Part shown: in pieces, positions 51,401 to 63,807 of the stretch
Position numbering within the stretch: position 1 is the stretch's first letter
Layout: every line of letters begins with the position of its first letter
Source: Magallana gigas
Lineage: Eukaryota
NCBI RefSeq assembly: GCF_963853765.1
Contig: NC_088857.1
Coordinates: 15,438,001 to 15,502,000 of the forward strand
Direction of reading: 5' to 3'
DNA: 64,000 bases
Made by a program: the position numbers and the translations under genes
The notes under the pieces: model-generated
The model's database searches: none
Told to the model about the DNA's origin: nothing
Seen by the model: only the letters and a program-made list of their open reading frames with translations

Positions 51401-52774
51401 AATCCTTCAAAGATGGTGAGTAATACATGTACAGAAAGATATTTTTATTCATTGAATAAGAATCGAGGAAATGTCTTTAAACATTAAAATAAAAACTCTT
51501 TGACATGAAAGAAAATAACAGATATGCTTTTTATTCAGCTAGTTTTCTTTTCTTTTTTTTTTGTATGAAAATTACCATCTGGATGGGTTTTTTTCGCCCC
51601 ATGTAATTATTTTCTTTTTGGGAGTTGATTTTAATCAACTTTCCCATGCAGTTACTCAGACAAACCGAAAGTGAAATAGTGTTTGGACCTTGAAAATGAT
51701 TGATGAATTCGATGTAATGTATGCTAAAGCATTGTTTTTCAAGGAAACTTATTTATAAATACTTTGAAATAAGTCAGATTTTAAATGTTACGAACAATTT
51801 AAATATTTTTTGAAATTTTCACCCTGACTTGAATTCACACATACACAGGTTTTTTTTAAAGAGAGATAATTTGAAACATTGGAATTCACCCAGTCTTAAA
51901 TTTACCAGCTGGCAAAGTTGGGTGAAAATAAAATGAGTGTGCAAATGCTTCCCTGTATACAATATATCCAATATTTTAAATGAGTTTTTATCACTTTCAC
52001 AAAGTTGTTAGTGATTGTATTTTCTTAATTCAGAGATGGTGAACATAACCATACAGCCCTGGACTATGCAAGTGAAGAGGTGTATAATATCTAACTTGGT
52101 TAGGCAGTATAGTAAGTAAAAAAATCCTTAGAGAATCATATTTATTTTTTATTACCCACTCATGCAACTTGTTGTAAGGGGGGTATAGCATCTCATGTAT
52201 ACATGCATGTATTTGGTCTTCTCAATTACATGTAATGCATTTCCCTCCACAATATTTCATTTTGCAAGGGGATGCTCTGCATTGCAATGCACTTGTTTTT
52301 TAATCTATTTCTATATCATTTTTTTTTTTTGTGTTATACTGGTATAAACTTCAAAATCTCTTTATAGTGGAATTGAAGTATGGTAAGAAGAGAGACATTT
52401 GGGGTTACCCTTCCCTTAAACCAGAGTGGTGGCCTAATGGCACTGACTTCATTTCCCCGAATGAAAGACGGACTGTCGGTAAGATTAAGATTAATTTTTA
52501 ATATCTAGTAGTTTAATTTTACTGGTGTGCAATTTATCACCTTTTTTTTTTACCTCATCCCTATTTGTAGGTAAATACAGATTGTACCAGTCCTGTATAT
52601 TTTTTGTTGTCCTTTGTTGTATACTAGTTGTTTGCTTGAGGCGAATGTGTAAGGAATATGAATTTATGTTGAAATCTCACCTATATAACTTGCAACACAT
52701 TTTCCTTGATTTTAGACAAACCGTTGAGTAATATAAGCATGGATCAGATTCTTGATTCATACGTAGAGTGGAAG
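48411..52774 (+). CDS. Divergent NRF1/EWG-type DNA-binding-domain protein (at least 169 aa; last exon not resolved)
   Basis: Exons 48411-48423 (ATG, in-frame stop upstream), 50532-50578, 50970-51066, 51314-51415, 52034-52111, 52368-52478, 52716-52774; phases match. VLVLYIPQPTKRNPIPTLKFEGSRKLKAVV and LKYGKKRDIWGYPSLKPEWWPNGTDF parallel NRF1 as recalled (IVLCISPSKPNPVFKVFGAAPLENVV; LKYSTGRGKPGWGKESCKPIWWPEDIPW). Confidence 0.65.
48589..49181. mobile_element. MITE family A, copy 1 (~590 bp)
   Basis: TATGGCACGTCAAATTCACAAAA ... TTTTGTGAATTTGGCGTGCCATA inverted termini; internal GTTAACTATAGTTAAC-type palindromes. Confidence 0.8.
49249..50005. repeat. 31-bp minisatellite, about 24 copies (unit ATAACACTAGCACCATACATATTTAACCTCT)
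   Basis: Near-perfect 31-nt period at 49280-49450, degenerating towards 50005. Confidence 0.9.
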
Positions 52775-53882
52775 GTATTGGAATGATGATTTTAAGAGTT
52801 AACATGCCCTGAAAATTTAGAATTTCTAGTTTTTAATCATTTGATTGCACGATAATCAGGAGTTAAGAAAAATTTATTGTGGGTGGTTAGGGGTGTTATC
52901 AGTAACACAAAAATTACCTGTTCAAAACAGATACACTGTAAGTACATGTATTTATTCTAAACTCTAAAGATTTATTTTTCAGTATGTTATGTAAATGAAA
53001 TGATTATCTTGCAATCTTTTGAAAAATTCATTACAAGTAGTTTAGTTCATCAAATATTTGTAAGTGAAAGCAATTTATTTGAAATTTATATTCATTGGTA
53101 ATTGCAATGGATATACATGTTTAGTTATTCATGAATAATGCTAGAATTGTCTTGAAATTTCTTTATAAATCAACATCTTAAAATTACATGTAATACATGT
53201 GTTACAATTGGCAAATAAGAGGCAGGCAAGTTTCAACCAGGACTCATATCCAAGGCCTCCAGCATACCATGCCAAGTGCTATAACCACCAATCTAATGCA
53301 ACCTATATATTGGTTGACTTTTGCTGGCCTGTGAACCTGGTGACACATGTATTTTTAATTTTAACATAGGAAAAAATAAATGATCATATGTGACAAAATG
53401 AATTTTGAAGACTTTAAGCCATTTAACTTAAATATTACATGAGCATTGACCTTCTTAGTACTAAAATGCATGTCCTGTTTATGCTGCAATACCCAACTGT
53501 ATGTCTGGCAAGCATGTAATATGAAAATTCTATGGAACGCCCATTATCAATATTGCAGGGTTGTCTCTAAGAATTTAAGTTTTATGTATATCTGTATAAA
53601 AGGATGCAACTGTAACAGTAAACAAAAATCAGTGTGACTGGTATAGGATATGGTTAAGTTAACTTATATGTGTATATATTTTAGAAGCACATATTTTCAT
53701 ATAATACAACAACTACCAGGTATTGCTACTTTTACATGTGTCATTAATGGCATTAAGGTGAATATATGTATTGTACTTCAAGGTGGATAAATCATATCAT
53801 ATTGACTGGAACTCCACCCGAACCCCCCCCCCCCCCCCCCCAAATGATATTTAAATATCAATACATAGCTTATAACATATAC

Positions 53883-56705
53883 CTTTTCTTGTGTACAGGA
53901 ATTTTCTTCACTGTAACGATGATCCTCTACAATCAGACACATTAAAGAACTTAACACATAAATCTATATTCCACAAAGTTTTTGTATGTAAAGTATATGT
54001 AGAAAGCTTAATTGTAGATATAACACAATGACATGGACCAATATGCAGGGTATTCTAAGATTAAATGATGAGTTTTATTATTATACAAAGGTTGAACAAT
54101 GTTATTTTAAGTGCATAGTCAAAAGTGAAAGCTAAAATTCATGCTTGTGCATGGCAATTACCGTGGCTCTTCCATTAATTTGAACTTATCCTTATACAGT
54201 ATTTTGGGGGCATAATCACATTTGCAGAAAAGGCAAGAAGTTTAAAAAAATACAAAAGAATTGAATCATAATTTTTAACACAAAATTTTAATCAGTTTGT
54301 ATGATACACAGTATAATTCAGTTATGAGACTATAATCTTTCAAAAGTTTATCATAATTCATTTTCATTGTCTTTGCATGAATATATATATCAGATACCCA
54401 ATATCAAAAATGAAGTACATTGTAGTCTGTAGATATTAATCAAAATTTCATATTAAGCAATCTTCTTTGGTGTTAAAAGTTTCCTTACAGGTCTTTCATA
54501 GATGCATGTAGCCATGAATGAACCATTACCTGAAACAGTAATCTCCTCAGAATTCTCTTCAACACTGTAAAGATTCTTAAATTTTCTACAAAGCTCTTTA
54601 GCAGCTTCAACATGTATACATCCTGCATACAATTCCTCTACATCTGAAATGGAAAAATACATATAATCATCATTGAGATGGTGACCATCTCAAAGGACCT
54701 AGCTTGCTTATAAACAAAAGATATTAGAATAAAAAGCATTTAAAAAGACTTGCTTTAATTTTAATAGGCATGCATCTGTGCAAGATTGGGCTAATGAGAA
54801 AGAATGTGGTGGCTCAATTTTCGTGGAATAAGTGCATGGGTACCTCTCATCCACGAATCAACATCCTCCAAGAATTAATTAAATTAGGGTAATAAAGTCA
54901 TATTTCCTTTGTAGATTTTAGAGAATACACAAAATTATGTCGATCCCACGAACCTATAAAATTTTAGCAATCCACAAAAATTGGCCCCCACGAAATTTAA
55001 TGATTCCACATTATATCAGGTATGACCTTCACATTTGACCAAAAGTATTGTTCAAAGTCCATATAAACCCATTACCTATAAATTATGTTCATGTAAAATT
55101 AGTGCCAATATGGCTAAGGGGAAAAGTACATGAATATGATCTGAATTTTTTTTTAATTTTACCCAATGTGACCTTGACTCTTGACTTAGAACTCTCTTCA
55201 AGGTTAATACACACCCTTTTACCAAGGGCACTCTGTTGGTGAAGAATGATTCATATTGGACCTAGGGGAATTAAATGATATATAATCCAGAAAAGGATTT
55301 TTCATATAATTCTGCTATAACCTTATAACTTTAAACCATAAAACTTAATTGGTTATAGATGGGTGTGTGTGAAGTATGAGACAAATTTAGCAAAGGAGAG
55401 AAAAAATATGCTTCAAACGAGGACAGACAGAGGGATGGACACAGACGGACTGATTACTAAAGGGTGCCTGCTGAGCGGGGTCCTAATAATTCATGTAGCT
55501 GAAATGACATCATGATTTTGAACATTTCTATTCAACTTTGTATTTCAATTAAAAGATGAAATTTACTTTGAAAATTACTTTGACTATAATATATAATATT
55601 TAAAACATAAATTTTCATGATTATGATTTTTTGAAAATAAAAACATGTAATTATAATTTTAAAATTATGGAGTTAATTGGACTCATACCTTCAGAGGTGC
55701 AAGATCGAACTTTGTTCATGAAATAATGCCGATCTGAGTCACAAGAGCAGGCGTATCCCAACTGTGGCATTTTTTGCACAATTATAGGTTTGACGTTCTA
55801 AAATTGAAATTTAAATACTCCTTAACTTAATTGATAAAAAACATATTCAATCTGCATGCAGCAATCAATATAGAGAACAAATTGGTTGTCATTAGTCTGT
55901 GTAAATATATATAACGAACAGATTGAATTTAATATTTTCATTGAAAATTTAGGAAATACAAAACTAGATTAATTATATAACAATTAATTAAGTTAAGAAA
56001 ACAAGAAAAATAAGTGAATGTAATAAAGTCTTTACACTGAGTGTTTTGTCAGTTGAATTCCAATCCATTAAGGCACACACTTCAATATTTTTATCCAAAA
56101 AAACACATCCCCTGCCTTGAAATATAGAAAATAAATATAATCTGCAGTCCTCTGAGCTTTCCCCACCGATTTCCAAAAAGACATCACCACTCAGAGGCTG
56201 GATATTTTGATGAATTTCAGAACTTGCAGTAGAATTTTCACTTCGGTGATAACTTGATGGCGGCCTGTCAGTAGAAGACGCAGTTTCCTAAAAATGAGAA
56301 TATAAAATCCCCTTTAAATAACTATATAAGGGAAAAACTCATAATTCTTTTATTCAATTTTTAAATTACAAGTCCATATCGTAAATGCATGTACTGTATA
56401 AAGTAAGAAATTTATCTAATGAAATAAAAAGCTAATTACAGCTTTTCTTGATTTAATTTTGGTTGAGGCACTTGAGGGTTTCCAGGGACGTCTCTTGGTT
56501 GGAAGTTTGGAAAAGTCCAATCCACATTCTCCCTGTACAATGAATCTTTTCCTCCAGTTTTCCACTGTAGGTTGAACCCTCTGTTTTAAAGAAAATTAAA
56601 GTATATGATATAAATAACATATAAATACAGATAATTTTTAAATACACTGTACCTCCAGGATTAAAAAAAAATACATACCTTTTTTTTAACATCTTTAGGA
56701 TCCAT
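53883..56705 (-). CDS. SWIM-type zinc-finger-like protein (CxC...CxH), probably an N-terminal fragment of a transposon-associated protein; 3' end unresolved
   Basis: Exons 56705-56679, 56580-56440, 56287-56036, 55797-55689, 54643-54530, 53926-53883; phases match. MDPKDVKKKRVQPTVENWRKRF...GYACSCDSDRHYFMNKVRSCTSEDVEELYAGCIHVEAAKELC... Confidence 0.6.
54805..55012. mobile_element. Degenerate MITE-like repeat (TGTGG..TCA...TGA..CCACA termini)
   Basis: Imperfect inverted ends resembling the 7701-7906 family; TCCACGAA-like internal motifs. Confidence 0.4.
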
Positions 56706-57176
56706 TTTAGATTTTGGAGATTCTACATACGGGATTGAAGACTTGACAAGTCTGCAAATTCTTCTGTGTAAATTAACAGTACGTAAATTTGTGATTTATT
56801 GATCTAAGTGATATATATTATATTATCATGGATAAAATGTAAAATGTAAAATTCATATATTTGTAGATGCCTAATTAAAGGCAAGGGGTTCACATCTAAG
56901 TAAAATCACGAGAAGCATATATCTTGCAGATTTAAAATTATAAATCTCTTTAATATGAACATGCAGTATGTAAATTACACATGTGTGATCTACTATTATA
57001 GCTGATATAAGTAATATAAATCATGGATAAAAATTTAAAAATTACATATTCTAGAATCTGCAAAAAAAAATGACATGGCATTATTTACATCGCATCCAAT
57101 ATATTATTTTCATTCCAAAATGATAATTTAATGCTTAAAATATACACCCTTAATCACTGAATATTGAGATTATATC

Positions 57177-58366
57177 TATTGCATGCCAAATTAACAAAAC
57201 CAAGCTAAACATAGTTTCACATTTGATAAATTTGGTTTATTGACTGGTAACTATAGTGTTATGAGCAGCAAACTAATAGTTAACAATTTGATAACTATAG
57301 TATTCATCTGTAAATTTATATTTAACGATTACAATAGATTTTGCTGATAAATATAGATTCATGCACGTCTGTAAACTATAATTTACATTTGTTAACTATA
57401 GTTAAGAGTTGTTAGTCATAGTTTCACAATCGTGAAACTATATTTATCAGATAAATTATGTTTTGCAATAGCAAATGGTTGTTTTCAGTCTTAATTATAG
57501 TTTTACACTTCTGAAACATAGATACCGGTAATAGCGTTAACTATGGTTAACAGATGTGAATTAATATAGATTAACTGCGTTAAATAAAGTTTCAAAGATG
57601 ATAAACTAGATTTATTGACTGTTAAGTTTAGTTTAAGGATGCTAACTATCGTTAACAATATTTGACTGTTAACTATAGTTTACGAACCGTTAATTATAGT
57701 TAACGATTCATTAACTATTATATAGTTAATGATTCATTAACTATAGTTAACGATTCGCTTACTGTAGTTTTCATCTGCAAAACCATATTTAACGGTTGTA
57801 AACTTAGCTAGTTTCGAATGAAAAATCTAAGTATATCTGTCTGCAAATAACGTTAACGATATATATTTTGCTGATAAATATAGAGATTCACATCTGTAAA
57901 CTATAATTTGCATTTGTTAAGAGTTGTTAATCATAGTTTTACACTTATCAGATAAACCATGTTTTGCAATCACAAATGGCTGTTTCCAGTGTTATACTGT
58001 AAGTTTATATAATATATATATAACCCCTCTGAAACATAGATGATCCCGTTATAACTATATGGTTTACAGATGTGAATTACAAATTTTCGTCATTAATAAT
58101 AGTTTTCTGTCCGTAAACTATAATTTATAACCGTTAAACCTATAGTTTATCGACTGTGAAACTATAATATTAGCTTACTTTTTTTATCTAATAATTTATA
58201 TAACCCCTCTGAAACATAGATGATCCGGTTTACAGATGTGAAATACAGGTTTTGTCGTTAATAATAGTTTTCTGTCCATAAACTATAATAAATTCATAAC
58301 CGTTAAACCTAGTTTATCGACTGTGAAACTATGATTAGCTTATTTTTATTAATTTGGCGTGCCATA
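57177..58366. mobile_element. MITE family A, copy 2 (~1.2 kb, internally duplicated), inverted relative to copy 1
   Basis: Termini TATTGCATGCCAAATT ... AATTTGGCGTGCCATA. Internal 57340-57560 is the reverse complement of 48700-48950. The block TAACCCCTCTGAAACATAGATGATCC occurs at both 58021 and 58201. Confidence 0.75.
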
Positions 58367-58744
58367 TACCCCCCTCCCCCCGAGACGTCAAGATCGAGGG
58401 CTGGTATGATGATTTAATGATATACAGCAACCTCGGGCTAATATAGGATGCGATATAAAATTTGCCATGTAGTAGGCCTAATCTAAAAATATTTCATTCA
58501 TAGTATACGAAATATTTTACCTGTATACCTTAGTTACAAATCATTTTTGCTCTGCTTGCAATATTTCCAGGTGAAACCGACATGTCAAACTGAGATACAC
58601 AGATACACCAATACCTTCCTTTTCAATAAAAAAAAATATACGCTTAATTATAAGTATATATATCAGCGGTGAATTTATGGCATTAATACACAGGATGTCT
58701 AGTAAGGTTAACGTAAAATGAAAGCGGAAAGTAAACAGAATTTG

Positions 58745-58755
58745 GCGCATGCGCA
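58745..58755. promoter_or_regulatory. NRF1 (alpha-PAL)-type palindrome GCGCATGCGCA, about 60 bp upstream of the HACD ATG; a weaker copy is at 47922-47932
   Basis: Matches the established NRF1 consensus TGCGCATGCGCA at 11/12. Confidence 0.55.
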
Positions 58756-58813
58756 ATGAAGATGGTGCTAAGGCTGGTGCTAAGATAGTAGATTACACTA
58801 CTATAATACCTCC

Positions 58814-61800
58814 ATGGCGACGCCAGGGAAAAAAGCTCCGACTCAAAGTCCAGAACCTGAAAATGGTCTATCTGTCGCGTATCTTGTTGCTTACAATGTG
58901 TTGCAGATGATAGGGTAAGATAAATATGAAATATTTGTTTCATATTTGCAATGTGTAGCATTATTGATTTATTCTGTGCTGAGTGTGCTCCTTTGAGATT
59001 TTAGGGGAGGGTTGCTCCCTGGGTAACAGTCAAATCGACACATGTTCATTTAGGCATTTACACATCTATATAGTCAATTCGGTACTGAATGAAATAGAAA
59101 AAAACTGTCAAGTATAATTAATTATTTTAAAAAAAAATGCATTTAAGTTTGCATCTATTGTTGGATGAAAGATGACTTGGAACAGACCAGGATTTAAAAG
59201 TAGGACTGGTCTTAATCTATAGTCAAGTAATATAACAACTCAGCTATCTGACGATGACAATTGAACCAATTAGACTGTCACATTCCTCCCAGCTATTCTC
59301 TTTTGAGAAGTGGACAGGCATAGCCTACATCCATGTCTCTTCGCAAGCCCTCATATTTTAAATTGATTCTGGAAAACGTGTAAATGTGGGAACCAGAGAC
59401 GGTTTAGGCTTCGACCAATATTTCGACTCCAGTTTCCCTATATTTTCGTAAAGACCCATTATTTCTTCATTTTAAACATTAATGCATGCATATATCAAAA
59501 AACAACACTAACCTGCTGTCTGTACTTCTAATTGACAATTCTAGTAGATTAAACTGAACCCAGCTAATGCTTGTTGGGGTCATCTTCTGTGATATGGTTC
59601 ACTTTTGATATCCAATCTGTGTCTTATGCCCAGGTTGGTTTCAGTGTAATATTTATAAAGCTAAGTACATGTATATACTGAATTAACTTGAGAATGCTAT
59701 ACTGTGCATGTACATGTATCTTCATAAATGTAAAAGTGGGATTAATTCTCTCTGAAAGAGTCTTTGTGTTTTCATTGTCATTCATCTTATTTTATTTATT
59801 TCTAGATGGACACTCTTAATGTTTAAATTAGTCTATCACATGGCCTTTGAAAAAACTGTTGCTGGATTGTATGACGAAGTCGCAACTTTCCTGAATATTT
59901 TTCAAACGGCAGCAATTTTAGAAGTAAGTCAAGTTATTATACAGAAATTTCATAAATGTGATGTGCATTAAACAGAATTATGCATTCCATTTTTTTTTTA
60001 ATGTGTGATTTTTATATTTTTTTTATTCACCATTTGTTATTTTTTAACTACAAAGTTTCCATGACAAAATGAAGGTTATTTTAGAGTTCTTTGATTTAAT
60101 ATGCACACTGATTTTGCAAACCACAAATTATTGGTGAGAATTTGTTCAAATATTGAACTGCTGTATCCCTGGTACTTTTTCAACGTACATGTAAGATTGA
60201 ACATAATATAGACAAAGTGTAAAAAGATTTATTGCTGTACTTCACTGAACCTGTGACAGATTCTTCACTGTGCTCTGGGGTTGGTGCGGTCCAGTGTGGT
60301 GCTTACAGCCTTCCAGGTGTTCTCCAGAGTTTTTCTCACCTGGGCAATTACCTACAGTGTTCCATCGGTAAGTCTTATGATTACCTTTATCAATGGCCTA
60401 TTTTACTTTTTTGTACATTACAGTACGTGTATTAGAGATATCAGTTACTGGTGACTTAGTTATTTGTCATATTTACGGTACTTGGGAAGTCTTCATGTGC
60501 TTTTGAAAACTGTCCCTTGCCAAGTCTGTCTATTTCTATCAACTGGATTGATGATTTATTGGGACTGTATTGGGACATTAACTGAAAATATACTTTTGTT
60601 TATCAGGCTGCCAAAGTAAAAAGTATTCTTTGCCACAATTTATGTACTATGATGGATAATGTCAATTCGCATGATGAAATCATAAACAAATATTGACTAA
60701 TTCTATTTACAGTCTCAAAGTTCCTATGGGGTCCTGTTGTTTGTAACTGCTTGGACAATCACGGAAATCATCCGATATTCATTCTACTTTTTTACACTAC
60801 TTGGAGGTGTCCCATATCTTATTGTATGGTGTCGGTAAGTCTAGAAGTTGTATGCTGATATACATGTATGTACAGGTATTACGGATACATGCAGTTGATT
60901 ACTCATTCAGAGTTTGCAGGTGTACAGTCTTATCTGTGTAATAGTTAGATCATATCTTATTTGCATATATTTTATTTAATATAATCTAACTTACTTAGAA
61001 CATAACCCACTTTTTCATTGGCTGATCAAACGTTCTGCACCAATCAGACATTATCTCTCTTTTGTTTATGACTCTCTTAGCTCTCAATCGAAATGTGACT
61101 TCGCCTTCAATTTAGAGAAATCCTTAACGATTAAAAACATCACTTAATAAAATATTTAGCAACTGCTGATTGGATGAAAAAGTGGGTTATGTTCTAAGTT
61201 TGGGTTCAAGGGGGTTTAAATGAACTAAACTGCTCAAGCAGTTCCTTTATTTTCCAATACAGCTATGGAATGGATTGCCTTTAAATGTATATTTACTCAT
61301 GAGAAAATGCCCCAAAAAAAATGTTTCTTTGCAATTCTGCTCCTAACCCCACTCGTACAGTACACATGCATACACTCAGGCCAAAATGAAATTTTGTTTG
61401 TTTGGAATTGCCTCCTGCCTTATTGAATTATCCCCTGCTGATAAAATTTTATGTGGAGATTTTTATTTGTTTTACCAAAAAAATTCCCTCCCTCCCTACT
61501 GGACCTAGAAACCTCTAGGCAGCAATTTCAAACAAACATTTTTTTAAGGTTGGCCTCATGCTTCCATTACCCCCTTTGTGACTATGTTTGTTTTTATGTC
61601 TGATTCTTATCAATAAAACTTGAACATGTAAGCTCAATCAGATTCTATTGAAATGTAAATTTTTTATTTCAGGTACACCTTCTTCATTGTCCTGTATCCC
61701 ATAGGAGTAACAGTAAGTATGAAAAAAGAATAATCCTGAATATATCTATTTTTTTTTTAAATTTTAAATTTTTTATTATGACAATAATACAATAAAAAAA

Positions 61801-62760
61801 AATAGAAAAATAAATTAACAAAGTCTCATAAATAAGAAACATTTGCATGCACCATTTGGTAAAGTGTTGTTTGGCGTATTTTGAGAAGCCCTAACTTTTA
61901 CAGTTGATTCTGACACTGGCATCCAAATCTGCATTATTTGACAAGAAAAGAATTGATGATAATCGATCATTATATGTTTTCGTAAGTCATCCTATGTAAA
62001 GAGCATAGAGCTTGAACAATTTCAATTGTGAGAATGAATCTTAATATACCGAATAGTGTTTGGGTATTATGAAAAAACTGCTCAGAATGAGGGGAGACAG
62101 AACACCATCCTTATTCAAAATGGGTAACTGCAGTACATCTGATCAATTTCTTTATGTCTGAAGGAATCAATTCAGGTATTCCAAAAAAAAATTCTGAAGG
62201 AATAAGGAGCAGATTTGGTTGAGGGAGAGGGTTTGAGGTTAGGTTAGTATTGGTTTAAATATGAATTAAAAGTATTCTTAAAAAAATATACACTACAGCC
62301 AGATGAGTCTGTAAAAGTCAGCACTTTTCCCCAAAAGCTAACATTATATACATAAGCATATGCGAAAAAAGGAGAACAATGAGAAAATAAAATCAACATA
62401 AAAAAAAAAAACATGTTCACACAAGTTGTGTCCAGAAAAATAAAATACAGTCACATATATTGGTCCATGGTGTCTACAGCTTGGTACAACTTTTCTCAAA
62501 CTAAGAACATTAATCACTTTGTATAGATTATAGCACAAAAATAAACAGAAGTATGAAATAGTCGTCTGATCTTGTGTGTTTTAGAGCATTTGATTGAATT
62601 TAACATTTTATTCCAGGGAGAACTTATAACTGTCTATAGCAGTCTAAAAGAAGTCCATGACAAGAAACTGTATTACCTTCAACTGCCAAATGCAGCCAAC
62701 ATTGCATTTAACTACTTCTATTTCCTTGTCTTCTTTATGATCATGTATATTCCAGGTAAG

Positions 62761-62813
<53 letters not shown>

Positions 62814-62969
62814 AGCTTATTTCTGTAGTATTTTGATATGCAGCTTTTCTTGCAAATCTATTACTATTTCTTTTCGTTTTGCTTAACAGTTTTTCCCCAA
62901 CTCTACACTCATATGCTGGCACAGAGAAGGAAAGTGTTGGGAAAGATTGATAAACCCAAGACTCAGTGA
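58814..62969 (+). CDS. HACD: Very-long-chain (3R)-3-hydroxyacyl-CoA dehydratase (HACD1/2, PTPLA family), 235 aa
   Basis: Exons 58814-58914, 59806-59923, 60260-60367, 60713-60834, 61673-61712, 62617-62755, 62890-62969 (708 nt). Motifs [59 protein letters not shown] (catalytic Tyr/Glu), [16 protein letters not shown]. Confidence 0.95.
60993..61199. mobile_element. MITE (~207 bp) in HACD intron 4
   Basis: ACTTAGAACATAACCCACTTTTTCAT ... ATGAAAAAGTGGGTTATGTTCTAAGT, a perfect 26-bp inverted repeat. Confidence 0.8.
62764..62808. repeat. (GA)n microsatellite, about 22 units, in the last HACD intron
   Basis: Direct reading; starts about 8 nt after the donor in a 134-nt intron. Confidence 0.9.
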
Positions 62970-63807
62970 ACATGGTGGGAAATCCAGTGTTTTTAAATAA
63001 ATGCTTTTATAAAGTGAGGACTGAATGCACCATTGAATAAATGGAAAAGTAAACAACCTGAATAGTCAATTGTCCATTTTTTTCTTTCCAATTAAGGACA
63101 CACGAGATGTTCCTCAATTTAATATACATGTAATTTTCATTGATATATTTTATTTCTTATTTATTTACAGTTAAACCTGTTAATTCCTAAAAATTCAGGG
63201 TATATTACATGTACCAGGCTCTTGTCGGAGCTAAAATGTTTGGAATTTTCTTTAAAATAGCGTGCAAAATTCATTTGAATGCTTATGAATAGAGATATAT
63301 ATTTTCAATTGAACGCTTTATATCTAAATTAAAAAAGTTTTATAAAACATGAAAATATGATAAAAAATTATTATGGAATTTCTCAGTGGAAATCTTCACT
63401 TTGTGGAGATAGGAAAAAAATGAAAAAAAAAAATGGAAGAAAGGCTGCCTCTGACTTTAATGATGTTAATTCTGTTAATTTTCCTCTTCTAAAACGAGGG
63501 CAACATAAAATCAATTTTATCATACTTTCATTTGAGGAAGGAAACAGGAAAGCAAGAAAAATATGCAACGTAGCCTATTCACAATATTAATATCCCTACA
63601 TGAATTCACATATGGGATCTCTCATGATTTTGGATGGTATAGGATTTTTTTTATCCATTGAGTTGTGTGTTTTCTCTATCCCCGAGCCTTGGCGAGGTAA
63701 TGTTTAATTATGCAAGTATGATTCAAATAAGAAAACTTTTAAAGATTTGGTGAAAAGTCAAAAATTGAATAAAAACAGAACATGACATTTCCCACCCAAA
63801 TACGATA

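Larger units (their letters stand above)
47868..58808. mobile_element. Putative ~10.9-kb DNA transposon or derivative with 64-bp imperfect terminal inverted repeats and two convergent spliced genes
   Basis: 47868-47931 aligns ungapped to the reverse complement of 58745-58808 at 54/64. The ends are compatible with a TA duplication. No complete transposase catalytic domain was found. Confidence 0.6.

Noticed and set aside
53200-53345. tRNA-like box sequence (also near 4575-4640)
   Set aside because: No cloverleaf can be formed; at most decayed SINE-like fragments, too weak to annotate.
55020-55470. TGACCTT-rich block ending in GACAGACGGAC repeats
   Set aside because: Looks like a common dispersed repeat, but I cannot define its ends or family from this window alone.
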